A stretch of 64,000 nucleotides of DNA from Octopus sinensis. Taxonomy: Eukaryota. The translations under genes and the position numbers were made by a program. Of this stretch, positions 54,623-64,000 are shown piece after piece. The notes under the pieces were generated by a model that did not search any database, had not been told where the DNA came from, and was given only the letters and a program-made list of their open reading frames with translations. Position 1 is the first letter of the stretch. Each line of letters starts with the position of its first letter. The stretch lies in the NCBI RefSeq assembly GCF_006345805.1, contig NC_043011.1:16008464-16072463 (forward strand), read 5' to 3'.

Positions 54623-55062
54623 ATATTATATATATATATATAGGTAGATAGATAGATATACAATATGCCCATCTCCTGATTTAAAACACCTTTGAACTGT
54701 TTCGACTGTCCCATTTCTTAAAAGGCGCCACTTCCTAGTATAAGTAACTAATTTAAAAGCTAATAATCTGTAGACAAAAGCCGCTTCGTGTACTTCCTTC
54801 GATCCTAAGGTATTCAATACTAATTGAATTACTTTCTACTTAACAAAGCAACGCTGGTTCTGATGTATACAATGGTGTTTGAATGTGTGTGTTTATGCGT
54901 ATAATTATGCATACATAAACATCGCACACATACACATACGTACACACATATACACACAGGCATGTACATATGTATTGCATAATATACAGTATCTCTTTGT
55001 GTGCACGTATATAAAAAATCCTTCATTTTGTGTGTGCGTAAGTTTGTATAACTATGTATATA

Positions 55063-55115
<53 letters not shown>

Positions 55116-55149
55116 GGAGTTAAACGCAGATGTTATTCAAATTCTTTTA

Positions 55150-55238
55150 CTTGCGACATATGTTTCGAAGATCTCACTGGTATTATTCCAAAGGAATAAC
55201 TGTGGTGTAAAACAATGTAAACTTCTCTTCGGGGAAAG
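55150..55238 (-). ncRNA. Degenerate type I hammerhead in Penelope-like terminal repeat
   Basis: TTTCC-CCGAAGA-GAAG...CTTC-GAAA-CATATG-TC-GCAAG; palindromic stem III ACATATGT; U4>C. Confidence 0.65.
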
Positions 55239-55542
55239 GAAGAAATGAAATTCGTCAATAAGACATTTTTACAGTAAATGATAGATATGTATAGTGATTT
55301 ACTGAACGCTATTAAGTTTGTTTGAAAAAGAAACGTTAGACGATATAACGTCAAAGGCAGCCTATAGAAAGAGAAGGTTTAAAGAAAAGAACACAACAAA
55401 TAAATGAGAAGTATATAACGATATGTATATTAAATAAAACTCTATGGTCTTGGAAAAAGATATATCTAGTGAATGTGAAATGTAAGAAGAAAATTAATGT
55501 TTAAATTATATATAATGAGAGATATCACTCATATCAACTAAA

Positions 55543-56180
55543 GGTGTGTTTCCGCCAATGTCTACATCGGTATGCACGTTCTATAACCGTGTTTACAAGG
55601 GAACATTTAGAAAAAAGAAAACAAATAGTTCAGAATTACAGAGAAGAGCGAATTCCTTGCCTTTATAATAAGTTATCGAAATTGAGAGAATCAACCAATC
55701 TAAATGAAATTGTTCATTGTGTTCTTTTAGATCCCAAATTAATTTACTAAGTCCTGTACTGTTACGTTTATTCCTATCCCTAAATGTAGAGTAATGATTA
55801 GAAATTATTTTAGATAACTGAGATGATGAGCTGACTATATAAAAATACTTCATTACCAGAAGTAATTTTACACTCGGATATAGAATTTTTAATTTTAGAG
55901 TTACTTGACATAAACTTGATTGTGTTGTAATTGACATCAGATACGAGGATGCATGATATTAGCTAAATTAATGTTAGTATTAGTAAATGCATGAATATTT
56001 AACAGGCTAACATTATGTGAAGAGATAATTTGTAAGAGATTATTTTGTTTTGGAAAAACCAATCGTAACACTGTGAGTTGAAAATAGAGTAATACCTAGA
56101 ATTCTTTGGAAAATTCTTAATAATAGCTTCACGAAACTGCAACGGAAGAATAGATTTAATTTGCCTCCCATAAGGAATAA
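55543..56180 (-). pseudogene. Penelope-like RT linker plus GIY-YIG endonuclease fragment
   Basis: YFYIVSSSSQLSKIISNHYSTFR...STGLSKLIWDLKEHNEQFHLDWLIL...LCNSE, then LVN...CRH in a shifted frame; linker FPKNSR.YSI.N upstream. Confidence 0.8.
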
Positions 56181-56616
56181 TTTAATTTATACGCCAACAC
56201 CAAACAGAGGAAGGAAGATAACCCTTATTTAATCCCCTATTTTCGTTCTAAACGTAAATCTATGTCTTTCAAAGATAGTTACACTAAAAATCAGGTAAAT
56301 AAGATTTAAAAAAATTTGGTTAATCATTCCTTGTGGGAGACAAACTAAATCTAATCTTCCTTTGCAGTTTCGTGAAACTATTATTACTAGGAATTTTCCA
56401 AAGAATTCTAGGCAATACTCTATTATCAACTTACACACGGTTAGGATTGGTTTGCCAACACAAAAAAATCTCTTACAAATTATCTATTCACATAATATTA
56501 GCCTGTTATATAGTGATACATTTACTAATACTAACTTTAATTTAGCGTTCAGTTGATCACTATACATATTCACAATTTTCTGTTAAAATATCTTCTTGAT
56601 GAGTTTTATTTCTTCG

Positions 56617-56703
56617 TTTACCTGAAGAGATGATTACATTGTTTTACGCCATTTTATTCCTTTGGAATAATACCAGTGATATCTTCGAAACGTGTGTAGG
56701 AAG
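56617..56703 (+). ncRNA. Type I hammerhead in Penelope-like terminal repeat (intact core, imperfect stems)
   Basis: TTTAC-CTGAAGA-GATGA...TCTTC-GAAA-CGTGTG-TA-GGAAG. Confidence 0.65.
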
Positions 56704-57862
56704 GAAAATATTTGAATAACATCTGCGTTTAACTCCATTTATTTATTTAGATATATTATGCAAGCTATTTCACATAAACCTGGAGTACCTACTTTAAAAG
56801 ACAAGGAATTACAACCTTTTTACTTATGTGATTTTTTGATACCCCTGGTAACTATTTAACTATTTTTGCCGTGTTAATTGTTAAAAAGGGAAAAATGCAG
56901 ACACACACACGCACACACACACACACGCGTGTACACACAGACACACACACATATATATAGATTATATTATATATATATATAAAGTCAGATAAACACATAG
57001 ACCTTTTGGCTGCATCTAAATCAGGCTTGTCTGTCCTGTTATGTTGAATAAGATATGTGTTTGTGTGAGCGCTTCTGTGTGACAATTCATCAGTGAGCGC
57101 GTGTCAATGTATATGCGTATATCAAAGATTGATTACAACAAAAGGAAGATGCTACTCTTTCCTCCTGCATTGTTGAACGTAGCCTTCTTCAGGAGTAATT
57201 AGTCTTTTCAAATATTGTCTATTAACTATATACGTTTTGTCTGTGAACCTTACAGTTGCTGGTTCTACTGCGCAGGACAAATCGGTGCTCATCTACTACC
57301 AGGCTAGTTGTTTCCCCTACTCCATATCCAGCAAGTTGCTGATATCCTATATATTGCAACAGCGAGCATTGACTGACATATGATAACCGGACGCCTCCCA
57401 CTACTGACTTCGAATTTGAATAAAATCTCTTGGTACCGGAGTTTCAGCGACCATGACAAATAATTTTCGATCTATGTGCGTATATGACAGGATCTCTCAA
57501 GGCGCATAACTCAGTTTTTTATTTTCTAACAGGACATCTATTTTAAGAAGGAAATAAAGCTTACTTTCTGTTAATAATACTTTTTCCGTCACTAATGTGT
57601 GTGTGTGTGTGTGTGTGTATCTATTTATATGCTTCTACGTGTGTGTGTGCGAGTGCGCGTGTAATTCTATATTCAAGTATCCACCTTGTAGTATGTCGAC
57701 TAAAGACCGTTCACAGCATGTATGTAGACTTTAGTGACAAAACAAGTTGTTAAAAATATTAGCGTGGAAGACTTGACTTATGATTTCTAAGACCATAAAT
57801 TCCAATAGCTTTTTAAACTTTGGACATAAGTAGTAAAGACCAACTGTCATAATCAAATGATG

Positions 57863-58243
57863 CAGGCGAGGTTTTATTAGAAGCTTGCCCCTAATTACAT
57901 GGTTCCGGATTCATTTCCAGTGGGTGGCACTTCAGGCAACTGTCTTCTACTAAAGATGCGGACCGACCAAAGCCTTGTGAGTGGATTTGTTAGATGGAAG
58001 CTAAAAGAAGCCCAGCGTATATGTGTGTGTGTGTGCGTATTATTGTCTGTATTTGTCCCACACAACCAGTGTTGATGTGTTTACGTCCCTCTAACTTAGC
58101 GGTTCGCCGAAATTGACCTATACAATAAGTGCTAGTCATTGAAAAATAAGTCCTAGGGTCGACTTGTTCGACTAAATCACTTGAAGGGGGTGTCCAAGCA
58201 TGGCTGCAGTCAAGTGACTAAAACAGGTAAAAAATAAAAAAAG
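57863..58243 (+). mobile_element. SINE family A, diverged copy
   Basis: CATGGTTCCGGATTCATTTCC...GCCTTGTGAGTGGATTTG...AACTTAGCGGTTCG. Confidence 0.75.
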
Positions 58244-58399
58244 GAAAACGGCACAGGGATCTAGAGAGGAAAATTTAATGATCTGATTCTAAGAGAAGTC
58301 ATGTTAATTATGTAAGTTAACTTGGTCATGCCATTAATACGCGCAACTATAATTCAAGCATTTTGAAGAAGAGTAACTTGTATTAACTACTAGAAACAA

Positions 58400-58780
58400 C
58401 ACTTCTCAAAGAAGCTTGAGAGTCGGTTGGATGGAACTTAGACTCACCTCCTTATGAGAGCTCAAAATCTCTCAGGGAAGCGTCATCAAACCAAAGTACA
58501 AATATATGGGAAACTACCACCAGTATCATCTTGTGAAAGGTAGGAGAGTCCAGTTTGCTGGACATTGTTGTAGAGCTGAAAACGAGGTAATTTCTACTCT
58601 TCTCCTCTGGAAGCCATCTACTCGCGATACCAGAGGGTGCACACACACCTACCCTGATGTAATCCCCAGGGATACAGGCATCCAGCAACAGGACCTCCCT
58701 AATGCTATGATGAACCGCGAAGTCTGGCGTAACATATTAAATTCCATTGTCTCAACCACGGTCGAACAATGATGATGATA
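58400..58780 (+). mobile_element. 3' end of an RTE/RTEX-type LINE with (TGA)n tail
   Basis: RLDGT*THLLMRAQNLS...IYGKLPPVS / RRVQFAGHCCRA...LLLWKP...AMMNREVWR; tail TGATGATGA. Confidence 0.85.
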
Positions 58781-59387
58781 AGGAGTAGTGTGAAGTTATA
58801 ACAAAAGTACATGGGAAATTTTGGATATAAAATTGTAAGAGAAATAGAAGCGAGCAAATAAGCTAAGAGAGAAGATATGTGTTGTAAAACTTGGGATTGT
58901 ATTCGTATACAACCCTCGGTCTGATTCTTCTACTTTAAAGATGGAAGATCATAAAAGTCATAGGCGTAGGCAATCACAGCTGATTATAAAACTGAAAATG
59001 TATAAAAATGTAGTCGAAGAGGAAATTAAATCAATAGGCTATACTAAATTCAAACATATAGAGGTGATAATAATGTGAAGGTGTGGGAAACATATGCAAA
59101 GAAAGAACATTTCCTTGGGATTAAGGTGTAGAGGAAATAGACCAATTAGCATATTGCTTAATAGCTTTTGCTATTACAGACTAGGCAACGATTCAAAAGA
59201 CGTCGTTAGAAAAGTAAAAAAATTGTTTCTGGACATCAAAAGGTAAAAAAAAGACGTACCAGAAATCAAATTAATATTCTCCAAGTTAATAATAAACAAG
59301 CACTGAGGAGTTATCAAGAGAGTAAACATACCAATCGACTATAGAATTGTTAGTGCAAAAATGAAAGTAAACAGGACATTAGTAATA

Positions 59388-59491
59388 CTCTAGATTAGAA
59401 ATAGTGAAAAAGAAAAAATGATTAAGCAGAACATCTTTGGAGATCTCCAAATCAAATTATCCATTAAATCTGGAGTACTAAATATTCTGTG

Positions 59492-59588
<97 letters not shown>

Positions 59589-59691
59589 TCAAGATTAGGA
59601 GAAGTGAAAAGGAAAAAAATGATAAGCGGAAAATCTTTGGAGACTTCCAAATCAAATTATCCATTAAATTTGGAGTACTACATATTCCGTG

Positions 59692-59693
<2 letters not shown>
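59388..59693 (+). repeat. ~105-bp diverged direct duplication around a (TA)n tract
   Basis: CTCTAGATTAG...TCCAAATCAAATTATCCATTAAAT.TGGAGTACTA at about 59388-59493 and 59588-59693. Confidence 0.85.
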
Positions 59694-59771
<78 letters not shown>

Positions 59772-59857
59772 ATATATAAAAGTTGAGTTGTGGAGTATCG
59801 CACGAGTGGAATTATATATGAAAGAAGATTTGAAAATGCAATTTAAAAGATGTTTAT

Positions 59858-59902
59858 TTACTTAACCGGTTTCACTCTTTGGTAAAAGATTGTCAAAAGT
59901 AA
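59858..59902 (-). ncRNA. Minimal type I hammerhead with U3-A8 variant core
   Basis: TTACTT-TTGACAA-TCTTTTACCAAAGAGT-GAAA-CCGG-TT-AAGTAA; 6-bp stem I, palindromic stem III ACCGGT. Confidence 0.65.
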
Positions 59903-60594
59903 CATTGAATATTATGGGTTCAAAAAAAAGTTTTTTACATAATTGTCACATTGAATATTATGAATTCAAAAATGTTTTATTATACATAATTGTCACATTA
60001 CATGTATAAATATAGTGTTTGGTAACAGAGATATGTTAAGGGCATAAAAAAGTTCAATAGTGTGATGAGAATATTTGGAAAAATTGGCAGAAAAGAATAA
60101 AACAAATATATTATTGGAAATTTGGTTGCGTTAATTATTGATTGTCGCAAATTGTCACATTACATGTATATATATACAGTCTTTGGTAGAAAGGACATGT
60201 TAAAGACATAAGGAAGTGTAATAGTTTGGTGAGAAAGCTTGTAATATTGACAGAGAAAATTAAAATGGATATTTTAGACATCTCAGAATATTTTGAAATG
60301 AAGGCGAGAATTTGTTTTTACTGACCTGTTTGTTTTAGCAGAAAAGTTGAATTGAGAGAAAAAAAGATGTGTACCCAGTTTGGTTTATGGTTCCCCTTCA
60401 AGCATCAATGATTTTGGGGTTATCGGGAGGTGAGTATGCGGGTGTGAATAGATGTGTCCGTGTGCCTGCTGGTCAGACGGCGTCTGTTTGTCACACACAT
60501 ATATACACACACACAACACACACACACACACACACATAGTATACAAACACACATGTATGTATATATGTATATGTGTATATATATATATACACAC

Positions 60595-60678
<84 letters not shown>

Positions 60679-60752
60679 TTGAGTTGTGGAGTATCGCACG
60701 AGTGGAATTATATATGAAAGAAGATTTGAAAATGCAATTAAAAGATGTTTAT

Positions 60753-60796
60753 TTACTTAACCGGTTTCACTCTTGGTAAAAGATTGTCAAAAGTAA
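60753..60796 (-). ncRNA. Minimal type I hammerhead with U3-A8 variant core (second copy)
   Basis: TTACTT-TTGACAA-TCTTTTACCAAGAGT-GAAA-CCGG-TT-AAGTAA. Confidence 0.65.
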
Positions 60797-61486
60797 CATT
60801 GATATATGGGTTCAAAAAAAAGTTTTTTACATAATTGTCACATTGAATATTATGAATTCAAAAATGTTTTATTATACATAATTGTCACATTACATGTATA
60901 AATATAGTGTTTGGTAACAGAGATATGTTAAGGGCATAAAAAAGTTCAATAGTGTGATGAGAATATTTGGAAAAATTGGCAGAAAAGAATAAAACAAATA
61001 TATTATTGGAAATTTGGTTGCGTTAATTATTGATTGTCGCAAATTGTCACATTACATGTATATATATACAGTCTTTGGTAGAAAGGACATGTTAAAGACA
61101 TAAGGAAGTGTATAGTTTGGTGAGAAAGCTTGTAATATTGACAGAGAAAATTAAAATGGATATTTTAGACATCTCAGAATATTTTGAAATGAAGGCGAGA
61201 ATTGTTTTTACTGACCTGTTTGTTTTAGCAGAAAAGTTGAATTGAGAGAAAAAAAGATGTGTACCCAGTTTGGTTTATGGTTCCCCTTCAAGCATCAATG
61301 ATTTTGGGGTTATCGGGAGGTGAGTATGCGGGTGTGAATAGATGTGTCCGTGTGCCTGCTGGTCAGACGGCGTCTGTTTGTCACACACATATACACACAC
61401 ACAACACACACACACACACACATAGTATACAACACACATGTATGTATATATGTATATATGTGTATATATATATATACACACACACA

Positions 61487-61533
<47 letters not shown>

Positions 61534-64000
61534 TATATATATATATATATAATATATATATATATATACATATATACATGCACATACTCATATATATAAA
61601 GGTAGATAGGGAGATAAACTGAGAGAAGGAATATAGAAAGTGAGAAAAAGATTAATAAAATTTAAGCTCAGAATTATAAGTCACTGCAACGCCAACGACA
61701 GAAATGTTGGAGCTCAAGGAAGTGAAATGTATTCAAGAGAAACTAAAATAATCGGAAAACAAAACACAACAAGAAACTGAGAAGATAAAGTTGGAAATAC
61801 TCGTTACCATCACAAAAACAATGACACTAAAGTTTGTCGAGAGGCCAAATTGAAATTGAGAGGAGAATCGTAATTATGATATTCGAAAAGGGGACTTAAC
61901 AGAACGCATGATATAATTGAAATACTAAAGAAATGCTTAAATTTTTATCTGCAGTTATACAACCTGACATTCAACGATGAAATGGTACATGAAATACGAA
62001 TGATTTAATAGTTATAGTCAACCATTCCTGAATAAGAAACAGAAATAACGTTGAAGATAGATAAAGTAAAGTTAAAGAAAGCGATGACATCACAAATGGA
62101 TTCAGAAAAGGTGTTGTAAAATTTGTAATGTAGATGATATGAAAACTCTTTAATACGAGCGTAGCAAATGAGAATATCACTAGTTTATGAGACGAAGTTA
62201 ATATTATACTGTTTCGTAAAAAGTGAGATTTCAAAGACAAGAAAATTCACAAACCAATCAGTTAATTATTCCAATTATACAATATGAAAATAGTAGTCAA
62301 AATGCAGTTAACAGACAGCATTCAGAAATAAATTCACCCCACAGTTTATTTGCAATTCTTCAATCAAATCATATAAGACCTACGGATATAACCAAGTACT
62401 AATTAATGGTTACCTGGATTATAAAATCGCCTTTGACTTAATAGAGCGTTATGACTACCTAGAAGCGCTCAACACAATAATAATAACTTAAACCTACGTT
62501 GACATACTTAAATACAATTCCTAACGGAAAAGGCAGACGTGGACCATAGCACAACAGAAATCGTGGCCTAAGAAAGAGGACCCAGATGAGAAAAGCATAT
62601 GATCTCCAAAAACTGTTATCCAATAATTGCATTAATTTGCATTAAATTTCAGGAAAAAAGATTTAATGGCGAATGAAGTCAACTGAACCAAATAAATAGG
62701 ACAAGTAAGAAAAAAATAGCATTGAGTATGAACAGTTGGATGGCCAAGCTTATGACAATATGTAATAGATATAAATAGATAGAAAAAAACGGCAAGAGAT
62801 GACATATGTCAGACAGTTAATATGTCAGACACAAAGAAGTTAATAACACGTATAATATCGATGAAATTTATTTATTAATCAAAGTGATATATAATTGAAT
62901 ATTGAGATTTTACATACACATTCAACGTTCTTTTTCTGTATAATATATAGTGTGACAATTTTAAAGTGGCTTCCAGTGTTTTTCAACAGATCATATACAA
63001 TTTAGTGAAATCAGGCTACGTAGTTTGTATGACAAAAATAAATATAAATCGATAATAATGACCACTAACAGAACGTTCATTGTTAAAAGATGTTTTCGTA
63101 ACAAAATTCGCTAAAATGAACAGTGAAAAGGCATCTAAAATGAAGTTATTTATAATTCCTGAGTAATTGCTTGTTAAATTTCATTAACTTCTACCAATTA
63201 CGACGTGTAATTTTAATCACTAGATTTAGTTCTTTGGCTCGACAATACCATATTTTGTTTTGTTTTCTATTCATTTCCGACTGGATCGGACGATAAACAA
63301 TTATAGTATTTCGTTGCGAAATGTTTTACGTGGGCTCAATGGTTTTAGGAGGGTTTTAAGAGTGACCACATCCAGTCATATTGAGGTCAATAAATTCAAC
63401 TTTAGCAGAATAATGCCTGTTCACTAACGGAACAGGATGTACAAATTCCACGCCTGCAGTCATTCAACTGAGATCAACAGTCTTAAACCTTATAATCTGT
63501 ACTCGACAACTGTGGAACGCACACAATCGATTCTAAGATCCACCAGCTCTATAGAGACGTTTTCTGAACAATATAAGTCCATGATGAATAATTGGAGGCA
63601 AAAGGTATGCACAAAATCGTCGCAGAAAGAAAATAAATGTTCTCAAGTTCTTCGGATGAAAAACAATTCTCTGAATTAATTCCCCTTAATGTATACTTCA
63701 TAGATATAATATCGCATGTAAGTTATATATATATATATATATTTATATATATAGTGCGATCATGTCATAAAATGCTCCCATAAATTTAGCATTTGTGATC
63801 CAATGAAGCACAGCTGTACTAGTAAAATTCTTTTTAGAATTATTTTGCTTTTACAATTCCTCACAATTTTTCTGTAGCGGATGCGGTAGATGCTACATCA
63901 CAATATTCTATTTGACGAGCAAAGACATGTCGAAATCTTTCATTGCCATTTCTAAAGACGGACATGGTCTATGATTGAAGCCAACGATAGAATTCAGTTT

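Larger units (their letters stand above)
55111..56742. mobile_element. Penelope-like element relic in inverted configuration with hammerhead-bearing terminal repeats
   Basis: Outer inverted repeats about 55111-55273 / 56580-56742; inner inverted repeats about 55961-56180 / 56324-56546; GIY-YIG relic on the minus arm. Confidence 0.85.
59777..61500 (-). mobile_element. Tandem dimer of a ~0.9-kb hammerhead-bearing unit separated by (TA)n
   Basis: AAAGTTGAGTTGTGGAGTATCGCACG... at about 59778 and 60675; near-identical copies. Confidence 0.85.
58800..62760 (+). mobile_element. Heavily decayed RTE-clade LINE (endonuclease relic about 59200-59380, RT relic about 62190-62700), interrupted by insertions
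   Basis: WTSKGKKRRTRNQINIL and IDYRIVSAKMKVN (APE C-terminal SDHR-like motif); ILFRKK*DFKDKKIHKPIS and GYLDYKIAFDLIE....LEAL (RT motifs). Confidence 0.6.

Noticed and set aside
63437-63679. 80-aa ORF with possible splice signals
   Set aside because: No recognisable homology or supporting neighbouring exons; cannot be supported from sequence alone

Overview
AT-rich eukaryotic (animal) genomic DNA with no recognisable host protein-coding exon. It is dominated by (TA)n/(CA)n/(TACA)n/(TAGA)n microsatellites and mobile-element relics. The repeat landscape resembles octopus/cephalopod DNA (inference from the SINE families; not verified). Recognisable elements are four tRNA-headed SINE families, two decayed mariners plus a mariner MITE, Helitron fragments (Pif1 helicase), several RTE-clade LINE relics and a Penelope-like (GIY-YIG) relic. 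The standout feature is a 4.86-kb array (15531-20389) of about 10.1 near-identical ~480-bp units between two (TA)n tracts. Each unit carries a complete type I hammerhead ribozyme on the + strand inside an extensively self-complementary sequence, i.e. a retrozyme-like array predicted to yield ~480-nt monomer/circular RNAs. At least four other sequence-unrelated hammerhead-bearing islands also sit in or beside (TA)n tracts (31500, 41720, 55150/56617, 59858/60753). One has a covaried U3-A8 core, and one pair lies in the inverted terminal repeats of the Penelope-like relic. All structures were folded by eye; none was computed or tested.
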